DNA from: Tubiluchus corallicola
Taxonomy: Eukaryota; Animalia; Priapulida
Assembly (NCBI GenBank): GCA_030141605.1
Contig: JAQGDQ010000069.1
Location: 625,126-689,125 of the forward strand
Reading direction: 5' to 3'
Length of the DNA stretch: 64,000 bases
Both the position numbers and the translations under genes were made by a program. The notes under the pieces were generated by a model that searched no databases, was not told the DNA's origin, and saw only the letters and a program-made list of their open reading frames with translations. This document shows, in pieces, positions 39,605 to 51,217 of this stretch (the stretch's first letter is position 1; each line of letters opens with the position of its first letter).

Positions 39605-40429
39605 TCATAATCGTCGTCATCATCATCATCATCATCGTCACCATCATCATCATCGTCGTCGTCATCGTTATCACAGTTATTATGGTCATTATTGTCTCAT
39701 TATTTTTGTCATCATGCTCATCATTTATTATTTCAATCTTGTCAATGTTGTCACCGTTAATGCCATCATCATTATAATGTTATTGTCATAAGCGCTACCA
39801 CTGCCATCACCATTCAGCTGTCATTGCTGTCAGTCGCACCAACCAAAATCACAAGCACCACCAACACCAACTGCTGCAGCGTTGGCATCATTGCTGCGCC
39901 CTATGACCATCCTCGCCGCCGTCGTTATTACTGTCGCCATTGTCAATATCGCTATTATGAACAACCAGACCTTGCCTTTTGCCATTAAAAGTGTTGTTTT
40001 CAGGCGGCACAGGGTTCTCCTTTTGTTTACCATTGAGTCAGCAAACGTTGTTGGTCATTTTGTGAAAAACAAAAGGTTCCCTGGACAGAGGTGGGTAACC
40101 ATTTTGTTTGGAACAAGTTGAGCAGCAGCAGAGAGAATATAGCAGTACCTCCACCCCCGCCAAGTGGCGCCTGGCTATGATGAATGCTCTTTTCTTTGCT
40201 CTGGTATTAAGTGAGTGTTTGGCCAAGAGGAACAAACAAATGGATGATCGAATAAATGAACGAGTACACAATCAGCTAGTAAACAAGCACATTAGTTTAA
40301 ACATAGTTTATTTGGTTCAGATTGGACAGTTTTTTAAATTGATATATGAATCCTCACAGGATGCATGCAGTTATATGTACCAACAAACGTGCAGAAAAAA
40401 TTAAGTAGTATAAGAACAAACAAACTCAA

Positions 40430-40580
40430 ATACATACATACATACATACATACATACATACATACATACATACATACATACATACATACATACATACATA
40501 CATACATACATACATACATACATACATACATACATACATACATACATACATACATACATACATACATACATACATACATA
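40430..40580. repeat. (TACA)n microsatellite
   Basis: Direct reading. Confidence 0.97.
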
Positions 40581-42645
40581 AACAAAGACATATACATATA
40601 AAGTTAGCAGATGTGGCACAATGAGTAATATAACAATTGAATAATAACAATAACTGTCCTAAATTCAACGTAAAATACATAAAAGGATGCTAAGGTATGA
40701 TCACATTAATTCTTCACGCACTGTTTTTCTTTTTCACATGTCTAACAGAGCAGTTACTCCACATTTTCCAGATTTAGTTACATAAATTTGCACTTCATAA
40801 ATTTGTTCAAAAAGAACTATGAAAAGACGAAACACTAACCCAGCTTTCATTTGTTAGCAGGAAGAATAATAGAAACAGCAAAAGCAACTGCAGCGACAGC
40901 AACTACAAACGGCCGTGGCAACAGCTACAGTAGCTAGAGGTGCTGTGCTTCTATGGTGATAACAACCAGTCGGCGAGACTCCAACAAGAATAACTGCATA
41001 CCGGGAAAAAAACCGTTTTCCTTTATTGTGCTGCATCGAATTTAGAGAAAAGTCTGAAATTTCCTGAAAATTTTCTGATATTCTGATATTTTCATTTTCC
41101 TTGTGTCCTTACTGTGAAATGAGCCTAAGACATTCTAGTTTAGCATGTAGTTGACGGACATTTTTCTGTATTGAACATCCTTATTTAAACAAACTGAGAA
41201 ACACGAGACAAAAATCCAATAATCAACGTCTTCATGTTTGTTTTGTAAGTCTTACAATCAACAAACTGAACGTGAGATAAGTGAACATCATTAATTTGTT
41301 CTTTGCTGCTGCGTAATTGCAGAAAAGTTTATAAACTATCCTCTTGCGCTTGTATAAATAAAACTGTAAAATTTCACACAACTGCTGCGTGAAATCTCAC
41401 ACAATTTCACACAATAATTTAAAAAAGAAAAACAAGCACGCAAAAACATTTACGGAATTATAAATTGAGATGCTTACTAAGTAATTTTCTATTAATTTGT
41501 TTTTTGTAAATCTTTTTTCATTTTTATTCATTTATTCTTTCCTTTATTTGTTTATTTTTTGTTTTTTTGTACATTCTTGTTTGTTTGCGAGTATGTTTGT
41601 CTAATTGTCTGTCTGTCTCTCTGTCTGACCGCCTGTCTGCTTGTTTCTCTGTTTGTTTACTTGCTCGTTTGTCTGTCATTTCTTTGTGTTTGCTTATTTA
41701 TTTTTTATAGCTTACTGTTTGCTCGCTTGATTTCTGCTGGCTGATTTGTTGATTGATGTCGTTTACTGCATAGTTAATTCTTTTATACTTGCCAAATATC
41801 TTAGTTCCCAGCGTTACGTAATAGTCATAATAAGTAGGATGAATTTTGTGCTATTTTTTGGCTAAGCTAGCTTAATTTTACGTTTCTCGCCTCTGTCTAC
41901 ATGTGGAAATCAGGTTATATTTCATTCTGACAGCTAAACGTAGACATGGACACGAGATCTGCTCGTATATCCTCCTGCCTGTCGTGAGGCTAATTTTTCA
42001 TTGACCCTGGAAGCCATGTATCATTGGGAATGATGACAACGCAAACTCGTCTTGCTGTTTATATATATAGCGATGGTCAACTGGGTTTCTCAAACCCACT
42101 GTATAATCGCTGCAGCACAATTGTAAGGTTTTGTTCTTCTACGGTAAACACTTATTTTCTTTAATATCCGTACTAATAATAAAATAACACTTAGGAGTCT
42201 GTTTGTCCGTACTTTGGATACATATTGTTTATTTCAAATTACGAAAAACTACGCAGTACAGACTTTATTTAAAAATTTGCATTAATAGATTTAGCAGACT
42301 GTCTTATCAATAGTTAGGCCTTTTCAACCATAAAGGATTATCAATAAAGACTGCGTCTTGGTCTGATGCACAGCTTTAAAATGTAAAGGCCAAGCAAGAT
42401 GGAAAATTTTTTGACCTGGTGCCTTAAAGTTATATGTCAGCAAATGGTGTAAGTACTTTGTAACCAGGTATATAATAAAACAGCAGCAAAGATGTTGAAA
42501 ATTGCAGATTTATGTAAATATCTTGCTTGTTTTATTTACGATCTTCAAGAGAAGAAACATTATTAAAGGAAGAAACCAATCAGGTAAAAACGAAAAGCAG
42601 AAATATGTACCCGCAGTTTGATAGAGTAAGTAAAACTTTTGTTAG

Positions 42646-42743
42646 AGATAGCTAAAATTACTCATCACAATCACAGTGTATTCAGATGTATGGTAGATAG
42701 CTAAAATTACTCATCACAATCACAGTGGATTCAGATGTATGGT
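42646..42743. repeat. 49-bp tandem duplication (one mismatch)
   Basis: agatagctaaaattactcatcacaatcacagtg[t/g]attcagatgtatggt, two copies. Confidence 0.95.
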
Positions 42744-43959
42744 GAAAGAGTTCAAAACCAAATGAATCATTTCAAATTTATTTATTCAAGTTTGTTGAGT
42801 TTTTAAACATTTATCGTACTTTGTACATCCCGTTGTAGCAATTTTTGTATTGGTTAAATATTAGGGGTCACACGCAACTTCAGTATCTACACTATTTCTG
42901 CTCAATTAGTAACTGCTTTGACTCGAGTAATTGCTCTTATGTAGGCGGCACAGAGACTGAAGGAAGCCTAATTTTGTACAGCGCTGATTTGCGCCAAAAG
43001 CGCTTTTAACTTGTCTAGAACTGGCAGACAATTGTCAAAACAACCCAGAATGTTGTAGCTAAATTTAGATTTAATTCTAAAACTTCTCCCTATAGCTCAA
43101 AGTAGAACACATAGCGGATAAGACTGTTAGCTGTTCTGTGGTGTTACAGAATTAAAGAAATTGCATATCAAGCCAAAAATTTCTGTTGACTTTGATTTAT
43201 TTGTTTGTTGCTTAGTTCTTCGATTGTTTATTCACTAGTCAGTTGCTCGGTCGGCCAGGTAGTTGTTTCGTTTTTAAGTGTACTCATAGTAGTCACTGTG
43301 AAATTTGATTAAAATATTAGCAAGCATTTTCTATGAGAAAACATGAGAGACGAAGCAAAGAAACAAAAAGGAAAAGAATATAAACTTGACGAAAAAAGAG
43401 AAAGTCTTAGAAAAAGGAAAATAAATCAGATATAAGATGGAAAAAGAAACGAAACGAAAAGAAGGAGAGGAAAGAAAATGAAAAGGAAAAAAGGAAGGAC
43501 GAGCGACAGGAAGGAAGAAAAAAATTTATGGAAAGAATATGCATAGAAGCAAAGCCGCTCTAGATTGCAGCAAAAGGTAAAGAAAGAGGTAGAAAGAAGG
43601 AATAAGAAAGAAAGAGAGAGGAAAAAAGGAATCGAGGCGAGGAGAGGACAATAAACGAAAGAACAAAAAGCGAAAAAGATGAAGAAATAAAAAAGATAAG
43701 GAAAGATTCTTAAAGAAAAAGGGACAATACGAAAAGGAAAGGAACAGAAACAGAAGCAAAGAAAGAAAAGGAAAGAAGAAAAAAGAGTAAGGACGAAAGA
43801 CAACTAAAGAAAATATTTGGCCAAATAACAACTCTTAGTAAGGTTTATAGCGCGTAGTAATCTGCAATGTGACATTATTGCTCACTTTCGCGTGCGTAAT
43901 TTACTAATTTTTCTGCGGGCGTTATTTTTGCTATAGAGCACATTGAATATTTCTCACAA

Positions 43960-44345
43960 CAGGTTTATGGATATCTTAGCAAACAACCAAAGTTTTCCGG
44001 ATAGCTTTCCGATATAAAGCAACGGCTATTTCTATTCCTACTGCTGGCCGCGCGTTTTCTAAGAGGCGTAACTCGCATTGATTAGAATACGTGTGTCTAA
44101 CAATCGGCTCATCCAATCAGCGGGCAGTATAGCGTTCCTATCGCCTACCACTATCGTGCAGATTCAATCAGAAATCAGCGGTTGATATTAGCGTGTAAAA
44201 GCAACACTCGGCAGCCGTCAGGCTACAAACGCTCTTATCGCGACTAGCAGGCGTCTGATATCGCTCCTAAGCTCACTTTAAACAGGCGAATATGCATTGA
44301 TTTATACACACATGAGGCGATAGAATCGCACACACGTGACTACCG
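43960..44345 (+). promoter_or_regulatory. Putative GATA123 promoter with CCAAT box and dense GATA-core cluster
   Basis: CpG-rich island 0.6-1 kb upstream of the ATG; CCAAT at 44113-44117; about nine GATA/TATC-containing sites. Confidence 0.6.
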
Positions 44346-44938
44346 TGAATTATTATACGAAAGTGGGAAAGTTTGATGTACTAATAAAATTCTCCCGTGT
44401 CGTTTGAGAAATGTCGCGGTAGATTTCGACGATTAGATTTATCTGTTGTGAACTGTGAAAAGTGACAATAGTTCTGTAACTAACGTGTGAACACTGTTTT
44501 CGACAACGGTTTTTAAAAGTGTGAATAAGGTAGCAGTGAAGAATTACTAATACTAAATACTAATACTGTTTCAAGTATTATGGCCGATGCATTTATGCTT
44601 TTTCTAGTACCTTAATGGCTATCATGCTTAAGTGCATTGTGTTTTAATCAAAAAGGGTAGTGTGACAGAACCGTGCTTTGATCATACCATTGTATACACA
44701 AAACTTAATTGAAGTAATCTTTTGTCCAAGACGTTGTAGTCAATTAAACAGGGCTTTTTTGTTCTAATAACGAAAATAATTATAAAACAGACGAACAAAA
44801 CAAAATAGTGAAACTATATATGACAAGAAACTCTTAGGACCAGCAATTTTAAACAGCAAACAAGAAGAGCATCTCGTAAAGACTTTATAAGTTCTTGAGA
44901 CGGGACACATATCAAATTTGCATCACATGCACTGGAAT

Positions 44939-45149
44939 ATGGAAGTCATGCAAGTTCCCCCAGACCAGCACAGAGCTCCTGTTTGGGGCATGCCCTCATC
45001 TCACGATCCACAAGGAGGTAGTCTGCTGCCACCAGAAGATGTGGATGTTTTCTTCCATTCTCTTGATAGCAACGGAAATCCAGTAAATGGTTACTACGGA
45101 GCACCCGTTTCAGCACGAGCGATGCATCCCGGGTACAGATCATCACACG
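44939..45149 (+). CDS. GATA123: GATA1/2/3 first coding exon ([12 protein letters not shown]...[20 protein letters not shown]...)
   Basis: Matches the GATA2/3 N-terminus MEV..EQPRW and [20 protein letters not shown]; gtgagt donor in phase 1. An in-frame ATG at 44927 is an alternative start. Confidence 0.92.
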
Positions 45150-47389
45150 GTGAGTCTTAAGTGATTAATTAATTGCACTAATTGATTTTCCGAATTGCTT
45201 GCGCTCTTTAGTTGTCTAATCTTAATATGTATAAACATACTGCAATCAATTTTCGTTTTTATGTTTTAACGAAAAACAGTTTATTGTAAAGGATGTTTCG
45301 TATACAGGGAATTCTTTTTATAGGTGCCATACGCATAGGGAAAAGAGTTAAACTGATCCCCTATGAACCGAAAGGTTTCCCTGTGGAGAAAAACGAGAAA
45401 AACTCAGAAAATTAATTGCACCGGCATTTCTAGAGCTCAGAAATTATCAGTAAAATGGAGTTTCGCATCTAGGTTTTCGTTCAAAGCAATAATATCGGTT
45501 AATCCAACATTATTATGTGATATAGAAAAAGCCTCCTTCGAACTTGAGGGTCCTTACGTGTAATTGTAACACTACATTCCAAGATCCTTTGATCCTGTAT
45601 GCACTATTGTGTTTAAATAGTGAAATGGTAATGCTAATAATTTTATGTAACTTATCAACCTTTTTACCCTAACATTGCCTGCACAATAACATTATGAACA
45701 CGTAACTAATTCATAATTTACATTGTCCAAGAAATTTAAGCAAAAATATCTACAACAAGCCACTTTATAACAGTTTAGTAATTATATCAAAATAACACAT
45801 GCCAGGCACTCAAATTAATTTAATAGTTTACGTTACTAAAAACAAAAAAATATTAGGCTTACATGTTAAAAATTAATATTTATATTCTAGTAGCACCAAT
45901 AATTAATTATATTTTAATTTGTGGAACAGTTGTATTGATTGATATTATAATAATAGTTAAATATTCATGATTCTCAAAAGGTTTGGATGGAATATTACAC
46001 AATAAGAAAATTTAGTGCTGCATTTTTTATTTTATTATATCAGATGGTCTACACCATTCGGTTCTAGGTATAGAAATAAAGAGAATAAGATAATAGCAGT
46101 ATATAAAATTTAATGTTTTTTCAACAGTTTTTTAAATCATGTTTAGCATTTTTTTATTTAAACTGAGTGCCACAAACTTATCACAATCTGATCGTGTCAG
46201 AAAAATTCCTTCCCTACAATAATTTAAAAATGATTTTACCAAAATCCTGTTTTTATTGAATCCATTCAAAATGTGTTTTATTTTACAGATTAAACATTTC
46301 AAACTTATTATTTGCAGGACATAAACCTATATTCTATGTATTATAATATCATTATTATTTATTGCCAAATAATCGGTAAAATATAATTTGCTTACATAAT
46401 AACTTAGGTGCATGGTTGTACTTCTGTGTTTTTCGACTAGTGTAATGTTTTAATAGTTAACTGACTTCATAGTAATAAAAACACTCAATAATTGTGAGAG
46501 TAATTTTAACTGTGATTTAAAACTGCACGAAATTATAATCACATTTTAATGCAATCTTACATGTCTATTGTATGGGGTTATGCGTAAACAACATTACAGT
46601 GCATGTTTAAATTATCATAATTAATCAACGCGTAAGAAACATAGTGTTTTCTATTTAGGGAGGAATGATTAGTCACAATAAGGACATCATGTTGCAACCC
46701 GAGCTGACCGACTGACTTTCCTTCTTTGAATGGGTCAGTCTGCTGTCGGTGTGCGTATAATTCGCCAAATATTTATGTAATGTTTCAGTCAAATGGCTCC
46801 AATACACAGCATGCCCCTGGACGTATTGTATACACACATGTAGAGATGCAATTCACATGACATACCAGCTTTAATTACTGTTTATTGAATGTTATGTAGA
46901 TGAGCAATAATTATAGGTTCGTTATTTTTTGTACAAAGTTGTATTCCGTAAGATGGCTGATTTAGTTGGAATACGAGCTGTTGTCAGCCCAGTTCTTGCT
47001 TAGGTTTGATTTATTCGCTTTGTGATGACTGTGGCAAAATCAGGTACATGTTTGCTAATGACACAGGTTTGTTTGTGAGTTACATTCATCTTAAAAAACG
47101 ATTAGCCTTAATTAACTGACCACATTGCAATTTGTTTTCGCAAAAAAATTCTTCATAGAACCTGATTTTTCCCAATTAGAAGCAGTTTTGTAAAAATTTT
47201 GATTACTATTTCGTTATTAGACAATGATTGCAATCTTCTATGCTATTTTAGCCATTGCTTGGCTATATCTTACCTTTGTGGTAAAAAAATGCGAAACGAA
47301 ATGAAACAAACAAGTGAAATGGAATAAAATAAAAATAAACGGTAGCATGAATTTAAATCAAAAGGCCGAAACAAAGTAAATAAACCATT

Positions 47390-47500
47390 TTTTCTCTGTC
47401 CCTGTTTCTCCCCCCTCTCTCTTTCTCCTTTTCTCTACGCTTCCCCCTCTTTCCCTCTGTCTGTTACTCTCCTTCTCTTCGTCTTTCTCTCTTTCTCTCT

Positions 47501-47544
<44 letters not shown>

Positions 47545-47561
47545 GTTCGCTTCTCTTTCTC
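47390..47561. repeat. Polypyrimidine/(CT)n tract in GATA123 intron
   Basis: Direct reading. Confidence 0.9.
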
Positions 47562-48582
47562 TAATTTATATGTTGTTCTTCCTTTATGACAAATTCTTGT
47601 CTGCCTCCCATCATGCTAAGCATCTCGTTATCCTCTTCTCTTATCTCTCCCTTCACTCTGTTTCACAACTTTCCACCGGGCGAACAAATCGTTTCCTCGA
47701 ATGATCATCTAGCTTTCCTTCGATTGCATAACGGGACACGCGGCAAGCTTTTCTTATCTCATATCGCACACTCGCAAAGCTTTCCATCCTTCGGTAATTT
47801 TTATTTACTTTATTCGCTGTCATATCAGCATCATGCCAGCCCTGCTCGTCGAAATTATTCATTATGAAACAAATAACAGCGGTCCGAGGATTACACCCTG
47901 TTTAATACCCGAAGATGTTTGTGTGCGACGATATCAGCAAACTGCAGACGCATGACTACGCTGCGGTTTACCCGTATCTGTGATATTAGCAGCCTAATTC
48001 AATTAAATTGAGTTGAAGATAGGGACAATAATATGTACATAAAGATACTAAATAGCCACTGTTGGTAACGCCTCTGTGTTTTGTGAGAGTCCTTGTTATT
48101 TGTTGACGTCTCTTCGTTGTGTGAACAAGTGCTGTGCTTTTGTGCTGAATTGTGTTAGATTTAATGAACTTTCTGCGTGAGTTGAAAACACGTGTTTGGG
48201 TTGTTTACAAGAGCACATATTTTGAGAAAGCATCCAACGCAATATCGTTTTATAAGTCAACCAGAAGAATTCAATTACAGAAACGCCTTTTTCTTTGTGC
48301 CTGAATTTTTTTTACAAATGTTGCACAAGACCATTGTTGTTGTTGTTGTTGAAAATCATGATTTTTGTGTAAAATATGACAATGATGAAGTAACACGGGC
48401 GAGAACAAATAGTGCGTAGACGGATGAACTAAAAGCAAACACTTTAACAAAACGCTGGATTCAATTATCACGTTGTACCGAAGATTCGCTTTTCAGGAAA
48501 TATTAAAGTACAAAATTCCTGAAAGCGGTTGAAACTTGGTTGTCCTGAAGTTGAACTGTTATGGCTGATTTCTTGTTTTTAG

Positions 48583-49164
48583 CTCGTGTCGCCAGTGGAC
48601 AAGTTTGCAGACCACATTTCCACACGCCGCTACATCCAGCATGGAGTCTTGGAGGAACTACTGGAGAGAAATCCGCTGTTCCGCACGCTCACGCCGGAGG
48701 ACACCACCCCCCTTCCTGGTGCAATCCATTCAGTAAGGCACCACACCACCCTTCCTCGGCTTCCTCCTTAACATCAATCGCCAGTGCTCATTCTCATTCT
48801 AGTCCGTACTATGTCAACTTTCCTCCCACACCGCCGAAAGACACCACCCCCGACATGGGGTCTGCCGCCAATACTAACAACGATCTGTCGTATTCTACTA
48901 ACAATGAAGATAAGCAGAAATTTCGAGAAGGTATCGCTAGTTTAACTTCTACTAACATTAGTTGCATGAGCTCAGCTGCTTCAGCCAGCCACGTCCCGCC
49001 CCTAGCTCACCACCCGATGCCATCTTACCCGACGTACCCCTTATCCGCAGCTTCGTCAGCCCCGGAGTTCTCACCTGGGGCTATTGGTTTCCATCCCACT
49101 GCCGCTACAGTGTTCAGTGCTAAAACCCTTGCAAGAACTCGCACGAAAGCTCGTTCGAGTACCG
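48583..49164 (+). CDS. GATA123: GATA1/2/3 second coding exon (ARVASGQVCRPH...WCNPFSK...FPPTPPKD...KARSST)
   Basis: tttttag acceptor and gtaagg donor; QVCRPH, PFSK and FPPTPPKD motifs are characteristic of the GATA123 class. Confidence 0.95.
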
Positions 49165-50182
49165 GTAAGGATTATTTTATTTTTATGTTTTTTGTTTATA
49201 TTTGTTATACAGATACAGATATATTATTGCTTATTCCATTGGTTGCTTGTCCACGGGTTGTCTATTAGACAATAACGTTAAAGTTTTAAGCTAGCTAAGC
49301 TAAAAATTCTTGGCATGTTTTTATTTGCATACACACACTTGCTCTTTAATTTCATCCGCTAATGCAGGGCAATTAAAAAATCTGCACAACCCTATACCAA
49401 AACCGCTTCAGTGCACGTTTTTATGTAATGTTGCTGATTGCATGTATTAGCGTTGTTCTTCATCGGTTCTCCATTGTAAACGTATTTAAAAACTATTAAA
49501 TGATTACTAAGGCATATTATTATTTCATTTTTGTAACGAATGCAAAATTGTTCTAAGATTGAAGCCATGCAAAACGGCGTCATGCAGAAATCTTGCATAT
49601 CTAAAATCCCAACAACTGAAATCGTACAAAGCAAAAACAAGTGAAGTCAAAGCTACGTAGACAGTAGTATTGAAACACTCATGAAGCCACGTAAAGCGGG
49701 TAAACCTCTGGACCCAGGCGTTGAGGGCTATGCGTTACTGAGCGCTGATGTACAACATTGATAACACTGGGTGGTCACAGATCACTGGAATGTACCAACA
49801 TGTATAAATAAAGCGTGAAACGAGCGAAGACAAGAGAGCATTCGCCAAGACAAGAGAGCATGCAAGCAGTTAGTGGTTGTTTACAGGTTGTTTACACTCT
49901 TGTTTATTGACTATGGGCGAACGCAGAGAAAAATATGCGGCTGCTGATTTGATTTAATGAGAGTAACGTGAGACGAATAGATGGCATATCAGGTGGAAAA
50001 TAATAAGATGGCGGTAGGAAGCCGCCTAATAATGATGGCTTAATAAAGAGTGGGAAAACGAGAAGAAGTGGATGGATATCGTTAATCTATATAAATACTG
50101 ACAACAAGGAATAAAAACGTACCCATTGGACAAAAAATTAATTAATGCAGAGATAAACAACAATTTTAAGTAATTGCCAGTA

Positions 50183-50187
50183 GAGAG

Positions 50188-50253
<66 letters not shown>

Positions 50254-50271
50254 CAAAGACAAAGAGAGAGA
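50183..50271. repeat. (GA)n microsatellite
   Basis: Direct reading. Confidence 0.95.
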
Positions 50272-51064
50272 CATACTAGTGTCTAAACGAACGGATAGAT
50301 AAGCTAAAATACTTATTTTATTGAGTTACACTGTCATTATTCTTGATTTGGAAAATGAAAAATGCGTTTCCGGTTTTAGAAAGTTGACCTAAAATAGACA
50401 TCATGCCTGTCGCACCGTATTAAGTAACTTCAAGTGCAAATCCAAACGTGCGAGTCAGACAATACATTTGTGACTCTTTCGAGTTACGATGAAAATTTTC
50501 TTGAGTTTTCAAGAGCTTTTGAAACTGGAACTCCCCACTCTGCGGTTGTTAAGTACTGAATTTTCTCTGATAAACCAAGTGTCAGAAAAGGATTTTAATA
50601 AAAGTAGAACTCAAGATGTTATTTGCGACTTCGAAAACAATTTCGGTCGAGAGTGCACTTCGGTTTCTTATCGTTATTGTGGATATTTTTAATCTGATTT
50701 CTGTAATTGAGGTACAATGAACCGAATGTCTTGCTTGGAAAGCGTGCATGACTACATGTAAGCAATCTCTAGCGGAAAAGCGGAGCCAATCTTAAACTGT
50801 AGTTCAAAACAATCTACATTATAAAATATTGAAAGTGAACATACTATTTTTTCAATAATGACTTAATGTGAAAAAACTGCTATCACAGAAACGTAATTTC
50901 GTGATTAGTTCTTTGCTGTTTCTCCATTCGTTAGCTAGATTGGCACTAGCGCCTGCATAACGGAAACGCGTTGCACAAAAAACAAGTGGTACACCGCTCA
51001 GTTCAGAGTTGTTCATTTGTGACGTAGCGCACACGTTCTAGAGCTCACGCGTGTGTACAGCGGT

Positions 51065-51217
51065 AAACTTTAAATTTTAAATTTTAAACTTTAAATTTGA
51101 AATGTTAAACTTTAAATTTTAAATTTTAAATGTTAAACTTTAAATGTTAAATTTTAAACTTTAAATTTTAAATGTTAAACTTTAAATTTTAAATTTTAAA
51201 TTTTAAACTTAAAATTT
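51065..51217. repeat. 7-bp tandem repeat with variants TTTAAAT/TTTAAAC/GTTAAAC
   Basis: Direct reading; about 22 units. Confidence 0.9.

Noticed and set aside
39272-39689. Poly-Ser/Pro and poly-Met/Val ORFs
   Set aside because: Translations of the (ATC)n/(CAC)n microsatellite, with no other coding signal.
40334-40680. MYVC- and YIHT-repeat ORFs
   Set aside because: Artefacts of the (TACA)n microsatellite.
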